Shown here in pieces: positions 8,104-16,540 of a stretch of 44,632 bases of DNA. The stretch is from a phage. The stretch lies in the NCBI GenBank assembly GCA_031490075.1, contig GCA_031490075.1_4354.1. One strand, 5' to 3'. The notes beneath the pieces were generated by a model, which searched no databases, was not told the DNA's origin, and worked only from the letters and a program-made list of their open reading frames with translations. The position numbers and the translations under genes were made by a program. Numbering within the stretch: the stretch's first letter is position 1; each line of letters begins with the position of its first letter.

Positions 8104-8376
8104 ATGATTTACCAACTCTACCGAGCCGTCGACAGGTGGGATAACACAGAGGCGCTATGGCTATTGCGTGCTCCGTCCGGTGCGCACCAGATGGAAGAGA
8201 TGGCGTACTTAGGAAAAGTACCACGGCCTAAAGATATAGGCCGTCACGTGTCGCGGATTAAACGCACGACATTCGCCAAGCCCGACTTTTATGTCTTCGA
8301 GTCGATGTATGGATGGGCCTTACATTGCGACCACAAGACACGGCATTTAATTGACCAGTGGGAGAACAGAGCATGA
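8104..8376 (+). CDS. Hypothetical protein
   Basis: ORF; stop overlaps the next start (ATGA). Confidence 0.4.
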   Translation: MIYQLYRAVDRWDNTEALWLLRAPSGAHQMEEMAYLGKVPRPKDIGRHVSRIKRTTFAKPDFYVFESMYGWALHCDHKTRHLIDQWENRA

Positions 8377-9614
8377 TTCTAAAAGAACGAGGCGGCAATA
8401 ATGATGTACACGCCTTACTGTCACCGTCAGGCGCTAAAAAGTGGCTGTCATGCGCTGCGTCGCTGGCGTGTGAAAAAGATATCCCTAACACGTCGGGTAA
8501 AGCCGCGGTATTAGGAACCGCCATGCACACCATAGCTGAGGTCCATCTCAACGCCTATATCCGCGGCACTGCGTTGCCGTTGGAGCGTGAAGTCGGCGCT
8601 TACGTACTGGATGAAGGCAAAGGTCAGATTAAGGCGCTAATCAGCCCGATGAAAGGCGCGGTACTGATTACGGCGGACATGATTGAGCAGGTGCGCAAGT
8701 ACACCGACTACTGCAAAGCGATTATAGACGTAGCGACTTACGCCAAGCTGGAAATGCGTGTCAATCTTACTGAGGTATTGCATCCGGGGTATGAAGGCGT
8801 TGAGACGTTCGGAACCGCTGACCTCGTTGCTGTCCAGGAACTGGCAAACACTGACGAGCACATGCTCATTATCGGCGACCTGAAAACCGGGCGGCATCGC
8901 ATCGAAGCGAAAGAAAACAAGCAGCTTATGCTTTACGCTCTCGGTGTTTATCGTCGACTCAAGAGACGTTATAACATAACAACCGTTCGTCTGGTCATCT
9001 TCCAGCCTTACGCTGGGGGCGCGACAGAGTGGGACATCTCGGTTGAAGGACTGGAACTGTTCGCTAAGTTCGCACAGAAACGCGCGCTGTTAGCGCTTGA
9101 TGCGTATTTCCGTGGCAAGAAGAACCTGAAAGCGTCGGACTTCAAGCCATCGGTAGATGGTTGTCAGTGGTGCCGGTTCTCTGAACAATGCGCTGCGCGT
9201 ACAAAGACGGTTAATTCTGTACTGGCGGAAGAACTGGAGGACGACTTTGCGCTGGAACTGACGCCTGAACAACTCGTAGCTGAGTATGAGAAGTTGCCGT
9301 TGTTGCGCCAGCACATCGACAAGGTTGAGAAAGCGATGGCGGCCTCGTTGCATTCCGGTAAGAAAGTGCCGGGGTACAAGCTGGTTGAAGGCCGCCCGGG
9401 TAATCGTGCGTGGGAAGATGCAGAGAAAGTGGCTGGCAAGTATGGCATAGCGCTAATGAAGCAAGTGCTCATGACGCCAACCGAAGCGGTTAAAGTCATA
9501 CCGGAAGAAGAACTGAAAGACTTCATTACCCGTAAGCCAGGCGCACCATGTGTTGCAACGGCAGACGACAAACGTCCTGAGTGGAATAGGGTAACAGAGG
9601 AGGATTTAGAATGA
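8373..9614 (+). CDS. PD-(D/E)XK exonuclease, Cas4-like
   Basis: GDLKTGR and QLMLYAL motifs; N-terminal Cys plus C-terminal CQWCRFSEQC (C-x2-C-x5-C) typical of the Cas4/AddB-type Fe-S nuclease domain. Start placed at ATG 8373; the longest ORF starts at GTG 8358. Confidence 0.75.
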   Translation: MILKERGGNNDVHALLSPSGAKKWLSCAASLACEKDIPNTSGKAAVLGTAMHTIAEVHLNAYIRGTALPLEREVGAYVLDEGKGQIKALISPMKGAVLITADMIEQVRKYTDYCKAIIDVATYAKLEMRVNLTEVLHPGYEGVETFGTADLVAVQELANTDEHMLIIGDLKTGRHRIEAKENKQLMLYALGVYRRLKRRYNITTVRLVIFQPYAGGATEWDISVEGLELFAKFAQKRALLALDAYFRGKKNLKASDFKPSVDGCQWCRFSEQCAARTKTVNSVLAEELEDDFALELTPEQLVAEYEKLPLLRQHIDKVEKAMAASLHSGKKVPGYKLVEGRPGNRAWEDAEKVAGKYGIALMKQVLMTPTEAVKVIPEEELKDFITRKPGAPCVATADDKRPEWNRVTEEDLE

Positions 9615-9814
9615 TTCAAGTAAATGAAATGCCCACAGATAAAGATTTTGTGATGATATGGCGCTGGGGCGGTTATATCCATTCGGAATCGTTTACGTTC
9701 CTGAACGGCACGATGGTGCGATACAACCATGTGGAGGATGAATTCGAACCCGTTGATATGAATGATTTCGAGAACATAGTCCGTATTGCGAAATTTTATT
9801 TGACACCTGAATAG
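9611..9814 (+). CDS. Hypothetical protein
   Basis: ATGA-coupled to the nuclease gene. Confidence 0.4.
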   Translation: MIQVNEMPTDKDFVMIWRWGGYIHSESFTFLNGTMVRYNHVEDEFEPVDMNDFENIVRIAKFYLTPE

Positions 9815-9828
9815 TTAGCTATTATAGT
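9800..9828 (+). promoter_or_regulatory. Sigma70-like promoter with embedded palindrome (TTGACA-N17-TATAGT)
   Basis: TTGACA, 17-bp spacer, TATAGT; AATAG-N4-CTATT at 9810-9823. Confidence 0.65.
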
Positions 9829-9896
9829 TCTAATCACTGACCGGGCAGCTTCCCGGAGTAAACTTTGAAATATAAACTGAAAAGCGAGAAATCACG

Positions 9897-10523
9897 ATGG
9901 GTATTAAACTGAATCTGCGTAAAGTAAACACTGCTTGGGTTAACGTATTCGAACGCGAAAAAGACCGTGAAAACGATGATGGCTCAATCACTAAAGGTCA
10001 GTACAGCGCAACCATTATCCTGCCGTCCGACCATGCTCAAATCGATGCGCTCTACGACACTGTTTACGCTGTAGTTGAAGAAGCGTTGGGTGCTGCCGCT
10101 GCCGAGAAATGGATGAAGTCCAACTACGGCGAAGGTAAGCACATGGATAAATGCGCGATTAAAGACATTGCCGAGCGCGACAATCCATTTGAAGACTTCC
10201 CGGAGGGCTTCTACTTCAAAGCGAAAGCACAAAAACAGCCGCTGATTGTAACCTCTAAAAAAGGTGAGACTCAGGTAGAACAGGACTTCAACGTAGACGG
10301 CGAACAGATTGAAGGTGAACAGGTTTACAGCGGATGCTTAGCTAACGTAAGCGTTGAAATCTGGTTCAGCCAGAAATACAAAGTCCTCGGCGTTAACCTG
10401 CTGGCGATTAAATACGTTGGCGAAGGCAAAGCGTTCGGCGGTTCTAAAGTCGCTGCGAGCGTCAATGACCTGGAAGACGACGAAGAAGATGAAGCACCGC
10501 GCCGCGAACGTCGTCGCCGCTAA
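9897..10523 (+). CDS. Putative ssDNA-binding protein (DUF2815-like)
   Basis: Position between a Cas4-like nuclease and a family A polymerase is a recurrent phage module; acidic C-terminal region. Family call is from memory and tentative. Confidence 0.45.
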   Translation: MGIKLNLRKVNTAWVNVFEREKDRENDDGSITKGQYSATIILPSDHAQIDALYDTVYAVVEEALGAAAAEKWMKSNYGEGKHMDKCAIKDIAERDNPFEDFPEGFYFKAKAQKQPLIVTSKKGETQVEQDFNVDGEQIEGEQVYSGCLANVSVEIWFSQKYKVLGVNLLAIKYVGEGKAFGGSKVAASVNDLEDDEEDEAPRRERRRR

Positions 10524-10542
10524 TATCTTAATCAATTTAACT

Positions 10543-10565
10543 AAGGCCCTTCATTGGGCCTTTTT
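10543..10565 (+). terminator. Rho-independent terminator
   Basis: AAGGCCC-TTCATT-GGGCCTT followed by TTTTT. Confidence 0.6.
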
Positions 10566-10734
10566 ACTAAGGGTCGAAAATAATGTTTTTCTGTAAACAC
10601 GTTTATCGCTATATGAAACCGCTTCCTTGGTACGCGGATGAGTACCGGGCCGGGTACAGGCATGTGTGGATTTGCCGTGATTGTATGAAAATAAGACTCA
10701 GCGAAACGAAGGCACTGGATTTAAGGAAAAAGAA

Positions 10735-12906
10735 ATGAGCTACTTATACCTGGACTTTGAAACATTCTCCGAAGCCGATTTAAAGAAAGTCGGTTCCTAC
10801 GCTTACGCCGAACACCCAACCACCGAAGTGCTTATCTGCACATATGCTTTTGACGACGAGCCTGTACAGGTATGGGATTGCACAGACGGCAGCGACATGC
10901 CGGGGGATTTGCACCGCGCACTGCGCCGCCTGGTGAAGCCGAACAGTCGTATTAAGACGGTGTGGCACAACGGCTCAATGTTCGACAGGCTCATCATGAA
11001 ACACTGCTGGGGCTTTGATATTCCCGTAAGCAACACCATTGATACGATGATTTGGGCGTTTCGTCACGCGCTGCCGGGTTCACTTGACGCATTGTGCGAA
11101 GTGCTTGGCGTGTCCGCCGACAACGCGAAAGACAAACGAGGCAAGGCGCTGATTCAGCGTTTCTCTAAACCGACGCCGAAGAACTACAAAATCCGCCGCT
11201 ACACCGCTGAAACACATCCCGATGAGTGGGCGCTGTTCATCAAGTATGCCGTTAGCGACATTACTGCGATGCGTGAAGTCTTCCATAAGCTGCCGCGGTG
11301 GGGTAACTCGGAGTTCGAAGACCGTGTACTGGAACTGGACCAGTTAATCAATGACCGTGGGTTTAAGGTTGACGTCGCGCTGGCGGAAGCTGCAATTGAA
11401 GCTGTGGAGAAACACAAGGCGCAGTTACAGGAAGAAGCCCAACGCAAATACGGCGGCTCACTTACCGGTAAAGACTTTCTGCCTATTCTGCGTGAACTCG
11501 CCCCCGCGCACCGCATCCACAATGCACAGAAGTCGACGCTGAATGACCTTCTTGCTGATGATGATTTACCGGACGACGCCCGGATGATTATCGAAATGCG
11601 CCTCGGGGCCGCGTCAACAGCGTCCACGAAATATAACCCGCTGCTGTTAGGCCGCTCGTCGGACGACCGACGCCGCGGTTGTATCCAGTACGGTGGGGCA
11701 AAGCGTACGTTACGGTTCGCGGGTAAAGGCTTCCAGCCACAGAACCTGGCGCGTGGGTACTATCACGATGATGAACTGGATAAAGGCATTTCAGCGTTAC
11801 TTAAGGGCCGGGCGCACCGCCGATTTGACGTAGCCAAGCTGACGGCATCGACCGTTCGTAGCTGCATCATACCGGAAGCAGGGCATAAGTTTGTCGTTGC
11901 CGATTACTCTAACGTCGAAGGCCGCGGTCTTGCGTGGCTGGCGGGTGAAGACGATTTAATCGAAGTATTTGTAAACGGGGTTGATGTGTATAAGAAACTC
12001 GCATCAACGGTGTTCAATGTTGCATATGAAGCCGTAACAAAGGACCAAAGACAAATAGCCAAAGCAATGGTTCTGGGACTCGGCTACGCGGGGGGCGTCG
12101 GTGCTTTCGTCACGTTTGCTAAAAACTTAGGTCTTGATTTGAATGACATGACTAACACTTTAGACGGTACATTCCCGGACCATATTTGGGCCGCTACCGC
12201 ACGCGGATACGAATGGGCGCGTATTCAGGAAGCCAAGCGACCACCACGTCCTGGTGAAAAAGATGACCGACCCTCATATATCCTTGATAAGAAAGTTTGG
12301 CGCACCTGTGACGCTTTAAAGCGCATGTACCGGGAAGCTAATCCTGCAATAGTCCAATTCTGGCGCGATATTGAAGACGCAGCTATGGCAGCAATCCGTA
12401 ATCCGGGGAAAGAGTTCACCGCTGGCCCTCGCGGGGTTAAGTTTTCTCGCAACGTAGAAACAGACAACAACGGCAACAAAGTCGCTGGTTGGTGGTTGCG
12501 CATGACGTTGCCGTCAGGTCGCGTTATGTCATACCCGGGCGTCGGATTAAGTGTGTCGAAAGAGACAGACGAAGATGGAAAGGTGTCTACTAACGTGCGC
12601 ATCAAGTACCAGGGCGAAAACCAGTTAACCCGGCAGTGGGGCTTCCAGTACACCTACTCTGGTAAACTGGTGGAAAACTGCACTCAGGCGTTGTGCCGTG
12701 ATTTGCTGGCCAACGCGCTGCTGAACGTAGAAGCAAACGGTTATCCAATTGTACTTCATGTCCACGATGAGATTATCTGCGAAACTCCAGATACGCCGGA
12801 ATACAATGTCGCAGAGCTTGAGCGATTGATGTGCGAATTACCAGAATGGGCGGAGGGGTTCCCTCTTGTAGCGGAAGGTCAGGAGTTAAAACGCTATGCT
12901 AAGTAA
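10735..12906 (+). CDS. DNA polymerase, family A, with 3'-5' exonuclease domain
   Basis: LDFETFS (exonuclease motif), DYSNVEGRGLAW (motif A), RQIAKAMVLGLGYAGG (motif B), VHDEI (motif C). ATG at 10735 with AAGGAAAAAG upstream; the longest ORF begins at TTG 10681. Confidence 0.9.
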   Translation: MSYLYLDFETFSEADLKKVGSYAYAEHPTTEVLICTYAFDDEPVQVWDCTDGSDMPGDLHRALRRLVKPNSRIKTVWHNGSMFDRLIMKHCWGFDIPVSNTIDTMIWAFRHALPGSLDALCEVLGVSADNAKDKRGKALIQRFSKPTPKNYKIRRYTAETHPDEWALFIKYAVSDITAMREVFHKLPRWGNSEFEDRVLELDQLINDRGFKVDVALAEAAIEAVEKHKAQLQEEAQRKYGGSLTGKDFLPILRELAPAHRIHNAQKSTLNDLLADDDLPDDARMIIEMRLGAASTASTKYNPLLLGRSSDDRRRGCIQYGGAKRTLRFAGKGFQPQNLARGYYHDDELDKGISALLKGRAHRRFDVAKLTASTVRSCIIPEAGHKFVVADYSNVEGRGLAWLAGEDDLIEVFVNGVDVYKKLASTVFNVAYEAVTKDQRQIAKAMVLGLGYAGGVGAFVTFAKNLGLDLNDMTNTLDGTFPDHIWAATARGYEWARIQEAKRPPRPGEKDDRPSYILDKKVWRTCDALKRMYREANPAIVQFWRDIEDAAMAAIRNPGKEFTAGPRGVKFSRNVETDNNGNKVAGWWLRMTLPSGRVMSYPGVGLSVSKETDEDGKVSTNVRIKYQGENQLTRQWGFQYTYSGKLVENCTQALCRDLLANALLNVEANGYPIVLHVHDEIICETPDTPEYNVAELERLMCELPEWAEGFPLVAEGQELKRYAK

Positions 12907-13027
12907 ACTGATTATCGCGGTACTGGCGGGATTTGCCGCAGGTGTCTACTGTCACGAGGGTCAATACGGCATGATGGTTGCCATATTGGGCATGTTCATC
13001 GCAATTTATCTGTGGGTGCTGGAATGA
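12896..13027 (+). CDS. Small hydrophobic peptide (43 aa)
   Basis: First of a chain of ATGA-coupled small ORFs leading into the VRR-NUC gene; below the 60-aa cutoff of the ORF track. Confidence 0.35.
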   Translation: MLSKLIIAVLAGFAAGVYCHEGQYGMMVAILGMFIAIYLWVLE

Positions 13028-13113
13028 AAATTTACCGGTTCTACGAAGAAGACTGTCGAATCTGCCCGCGCTGCGGTATTGAGCATACCAAACGTGAGGG
13101 GTGCGTGTTATGA
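13024..13113 (+). CDS. Small zinc-ribbon-like peptide (29 aa)
   Basis: CRICPRC...C motif; ATGA-coupled on both sides. Confidence 0.3.
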   Translation: MKIYRFYEEDCRICPRCGIEHTKREGCVL

Positions 13114-13262
13114 GAATGTTTGTATTCGGGTCGATAGTAACCATGCTCGCACTGTTACTCGGTGCGGGAATAGCTGCTATGTTCTGTTACGGCCTGTTCT
13201 TTCAGTTTGCCGGTGTTGCCCTTCTAGGCGGGGCTTTCCTTACCTGGATGCCGCGGTCATGA
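13110..13262 (+). CDS. Small hydrophobic peptide (50 aa)
   Basis: ATGA-coupled on both sides; predicted membrane helices. Confidence 0.35.
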   Translation: MRMFVFGSIVTMLALLLGAGIAAMFCYGLFFQFAGVALLGGAFLTWMPRS

Positions 13263-13543
13263 CTAAAGAGGGCCGCATCCAGAAATACGCAAAAGAGCGA
13301 TTTGAGGCCCTTGGGGGCCTCGTTCGTAAACTTTCCTACGAGGGGCGTTCCGGCGCTCCCGACCTGCTGGTAATTCTCCCTGGCGGCATCGTCTGGTTCG
13401 TCGAGGTGAAGAAAGACGAAAGCACGAAGCCTGACCCGCACCAGTTACGAGAGCACGAGCGGATGCGTAAGCGTGGTGCAAATGTTTTTGTAGTTGGTTC
13501 GTTCAAACAGGTTGACACCCTAATAGCGAACTATTATAGTTAG
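13259..13543 (+). CDS. VRR-NUC domain nuclease
   Basis: PDLLVIL...VWFVEVKK matches the PD-(D/E)xK core of VRR-NUC; size about 95 aa fits the domain. The longest ORF (from 13079) overlaps the coupled small ORFs. Confidence 0.7.
   Translation: MTKEGRIQKYAKERFEALGGLVRKLSYEGRSGAPDLLVILPGGIVWFVEVKKDESTKPDPHQLREHERMRKRGANVFVVGSFKQVDTLIANYYS
13512..13540 (+). promoter_or_regulatory. Sigma70-like promoter with embedded palindrome (TTGACA-N17-TATAGT)
   Basis: TTGACA, 17-bp spacer, TATAGT; AATAG-N4-CTATT at 13522-13535. Confidence 0.65.
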
Positions 13544-13573
13544 CCATACACCAACAATATAAGGAATTGAGAA

Positions 13574-13765
13574 ATGAAACACGAATATGACCGCAAGCCA
13601 GCACGTGACATCGTACCTGGCGACATGATTTTCAACGTTAAGACCCGCCAGCCTGTTGCCGTTGATACGGTGTTCGTCGAGTCGAACGGTAAACTGGTTA
13701 TCGAAGATGTAACTGGTAACGTTACGGCGTTCGGGCGTAAAGAGCTGGTGCTGGTGGCAAAATGA
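13574..13765 (+). CDS. Hypothetical protein
   Basis: AAGGA upstream; ATGA-coupled to the next gene. Confidence 0.45.
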   Translation: MKHEYDRKPARDIVPGDMIFNVKTRQPVAVDTVFVESNGKLVIEDVTGNVTAFGRKELVLVAK

Positions 13766-14445
13766 TTGTCTGGTCATTGTTTGACGGTTCGGGCCTTATG
13801 GCCCAACCGTGGGCAGAAGCGGGCCATACTTGCTATTGTTTCAACTACGACGGTGCCGACCACGGCGACTACGCGCGATTGGGCGCAAAAGTTGAACACG
13901 AGAACATCCACTATATAAACGCGTGGATTGATAATAAGTTCGACTTCGAGGTTTCGCCAGATATTATTTTTGCGTTCCCTCCTTGCACAGATTTAGCCGT
14001 TAGTGGTGCGGCGCATTTCGAAACGAAGCGTAAGAAGAACCCAACGTTTCAGGTAGAGGCTGTTATCACATGCAAAGTGGCGGCACGCCTGGCTAAAAGG
14101 TATAACGTACCTTATATGATTGAGAACCCAGTTAGCGTCCTCTCGTCTTTGTGGCGTAAGCCCGATTATGTGTTCAATCCTTACGAATACGGCGGCTATC
14201 TACCGGAAGACGATACGCATCCAATGTTCCCTGAATACATAAAACCCCGAGACGCGTACCCTAAAAAGACATGTCTTTGGACGGGTAATGGTTTCGTAAT
14301 GCCGGTTAAGTCAGGTGTTGCCGTGGGTGATGGGTATTCTGACCAGCACAACAAACTTGGCGGTAAATCAGTGCGGACAAAAACAATCCGCAGCCTTACT
14401 CCTCGGGGTTTCGCAAAAGCAGTTTACGAGGCTAATCATGTCTAA
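13762..14445 (+). CDS. Short C5-cytosine methyltransferase-like protein
   Basis: SLFDGSG (motif I-like), FPPCTDLAVSG (PC motif with Thr in place of the usual Gln), MIENP (ENV-like); only 227 aa, so no room for a normal target recognition domain. Confidence 0.55.
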   Translation: MIVWSLFDGSGLMAQPWAEAGHTCYCFNYDGADHGDYARLGAKVEHENIHYINAWIDNKFDFEVSPDIIFAFPPCTDLAVSGAAHFETKRKKNPTFQVEAVITCKVAARLAKRYNVPYMIENPVSVLSSLWRKPDYVFNPYEYGGYLPEDDTHPMFPEYIKPRDAYPKKTCLWTGNGFVMPVKSGVAVGDGYSDQHNKLGGKSVRTKTIRSLTPRGFAKAVYEANHV

Positions 14446-15862
14446 GTTTCAAAGACGCGAGTACCAGAAGCTCATGACCTCGTTCATGCTGCAACACCCG
14501 CGCTGTAATATCTGGTGCGGAATGGGGGGAGGTAAAACCTCCTCCACTATGTGGGTGCTCAACCGCCTGTTCCGCAACGGGCAGCTTACGGAAGAGGACC
14601 GCGTGTTAATCCTTGCCCCGTTACGTGTTGCGTCCGGTACGTGGCCCGCTGAACAAGAGAAATGGCAATTCCCTTGTCTGCGTGTCGTAGATGCAACTGG
14701 TTCGGAGAAGCGCCGCATCGCAGCGCTGGAGTCAGATGCTAACGTGGTGTGCACTAACTACGAAGTTATCGAGTGGCTAATTGACTACTACGGCAAAGAC
14801 GACTGGCCTTTTACGGTTATCGTTGCCGATGAAAGCACGAAGCTTAAATCGTTCCGCAGCCGTTCGGGTGGTAGCAAGCGGGCAAAGGCGCTCAGCAAGG
14901 TTGCGTTCGGAAAGGTTAAGCGTTTCATCAACCTGACAGGCACACCGTCACCAAACGGCCTCAAAGACTTGTGGGGTCAGAACTGGTTTATCGACGCTGG
15001 CGAGCGCCTCGGCTCTTCGTACACAGCATTCACCGACCGCTGGTTTAACTCGGTACAGAAAGGTAAATCGGCTATGGCCCGCGAGTATCATGCACGACCG
15101 GGTGCGGATAATGAGATTCATCAGAAGATGAAAGACATCAGCCTGACCATAGACCCTGCCGAGTGGTTTGGTTGTGAAGCGCCTGTTATCGTACCGGTGG
15201 AAATAGACCTGCCGAAGAAAGCGCGTCAGGCGTACATAGATATGGAGGAGAAGTTATTCGCAGAACTGGAGAGCGGGGAAGTTGAAGCGGCTAACGCTGC
15301 GGCGAAGACCTCAAAGTGCTTGCAGATTGCATCTGGTGCTGTATATGTATCCGGGCCAGACGGCGAAGCAACCAAAGAATGGGAGAAAGTGCACGACACG
15401 AAACTGGATGCGCTCGAGTCGATTGTTGAGGAGTTGCAGGGTGCGCCGTTGCTGGTAGCCTATCAGTTTAAACACGAACTGGAGCGTATCCTTAAGCGAT
15501 TCCCACAGGCACAGGCGTTCGCCAAAGGCGCCAGGGGGAACAAGCAGATGGAAGCGTGGAACCGTGGGGAAATCGAGATTTTATGCGTGCATCCTGCGTC
15601 AGCCGGGCATGGTTTGAATTTACAGGACGGGGGTCATCATCTGGCGTTCATCTCGCAAGGCTGGAACCTTGAGCACTATTTGCAGGTTGTTGAGCGCATA
15701 GGCCCAGTCCGCCAGAAACAGGCGGGTCACGAGCGCCCGGTGTTCCTTTATCACATCGTTGCTAAAGACACTCTGGACGAGGTTGTCGCCGCGCGTACCG
15801 ACGAGAAGAAATCGGTACAGGAAGAGTTGCTTAATTACATGAAGAGACGAGGTAAGAAATGA
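14438..15862 (+). CDS. Superfamily 2 helicase (SNF2/DEAD-like)
   Basis: Walker A GMGGGKTSS, DExx box VADEST, C-terminal helicase motifs; ATG at 14438 overlaps the upstream stop. Confidence 0.8.
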   Translation: MSKFQRREYQKLMTSFMLQHPRCNIWCGMGGGKTSSTMWVLNRLFRNGQLTEEDRVLILAPLRVASGTWPAEQEKWQFPCLRVVDATGSEKRRIAALESDANVVCTNYEVIEWLIDYYGKDDWPFTVIVADESTKLKSFRSRSGGSKRAKALSKVAFGKVKRFINLTGTPSPNGLKDLWGQNWFIDAGERLGSSYTAFTDRWFNSVQKGKSAMAREYHARPGADNEIHQKMKDISLTIDPAEWFGCEAPVIVPVEIDLPKKARQAYIDMEEKLFAELESGEVEAANAAAKTSKCLQIASGAVYVSGPDGEATKEWEKVHDTKLDALESIVEELQGAPLLVAYQFKHELERILKRFPQAQAFAKGARGNKQMEAWNRGEIEILCVHPASAGHGLNLQDGGHHLAFISQGWNLEHYLQVVERIGPVRQKQAGHERPVFLYHIVAKDTLDEVVAARTDEKKSVQEELLNYMKRRGKK

Positions 15863-16374
15863 TGGATTTCGAAGAGTTTCTACTTAAAGCTCATCTGCTG
15901 GCGCGTGGGTTTGACGCTGACCGTCTCCAGGTAGTCTTAGCCCCTGGAGTAGCTACGTTTTACCTGTGGGGGTTTGACGGTAGGCTTCGCGGATACCAGC
16001 ATTACAAACCACATGCCGAAAAGAACTGTAAAAACCCTAAAGACGCGCGGTACTTTACCAGAACAACAAGGCCGTGTTTATGGGGGCTTGAGTATTTGCC
16101 GGAAAGCGGGGTGGTATTTGTTACCGAAAGCATATTCAAAGCCGTAGCCTTGATGAATTGCGGGTTCAATGCTGTAAGCGCACTGGGGTCAAATATATCA
16201 ACAGACCTACGGCAGCAAATGTCACTTTTGCCGTATGACTGGGTGTGCGCTGGCGACAATGATAAAGCTGGATTAAAGTTCAGCAAAACATTCACCAGAG
16301 GATTTGTATCTAACGACCTTGATGAACTTTGTGAAGAAGAAATAACGTATCTTGCGAGGAAATTTACCAGATGA
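15859..16374 (+). CDS. Toprim domain protein (primase-like)
   Basis: VFVTESIFKAV ... AGDNDKAG resemble Toprim acidic motifs; ATGA-coupled to the helicase. Confidence 0.55.
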   Translation: MMDFEEFLLKAHLLARGFDADRLQVVLAPGVATFYLWGFDGRLRGYQHYKPHAEKNCKNPKDARYFTRTTRPCLWGLEYLPESGVVFVTESIFKAVALMNCGFNAVSALGSNISTDLRQQMSLLPYDWVCAGDNDKAGLKFSKTFTRGFVSNDLDELCEEEITYLARKFTR

Positions 16375-16508
16375 ACATCATAGCCCCAATTCCGGCATTG
16401 CAAAAACGTATCAAGGAACTCGAAGAAGAGGTTCTGCGGCTACGTCAGCAAAGAGACGCCGCTAATGCGCAACTGGCGTTTGTACTGGAGAAGTTATCAG
16501 AAGAGTAG
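16371..16508 (+). CDS. Small coiled-coil peptide (45 aa)
   Basis: ATGA-coupled; last gene before the convergent terminator. Confidence 0.3.
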   Translation: MNIIAPIPALQKRIKELEEEVLRLRQQRDAANAQLAFVLEKLSEE

Positions 16509-16514
16509 AGAAAA

Positions 16515-16540
16515 GGCCCCGTTTGGGGCCTTGTTTATTT
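16515..16540. terminator. Bidirectional rho-independent terminator between early and late modules
   Basis: GGCCCC-GTTT-GGGGCC flanked by AAAA on one side and TTGTTTATTT on the other. Confidence 0.7.

Noticed and set aside
13079-13543. Long form of the VRR-NUC ORF starting at TTG 13079
   Set aside because: Would overlap three ATGA-coupled small ORFs; the VRR-NUC domain is complete from ATG 13259.
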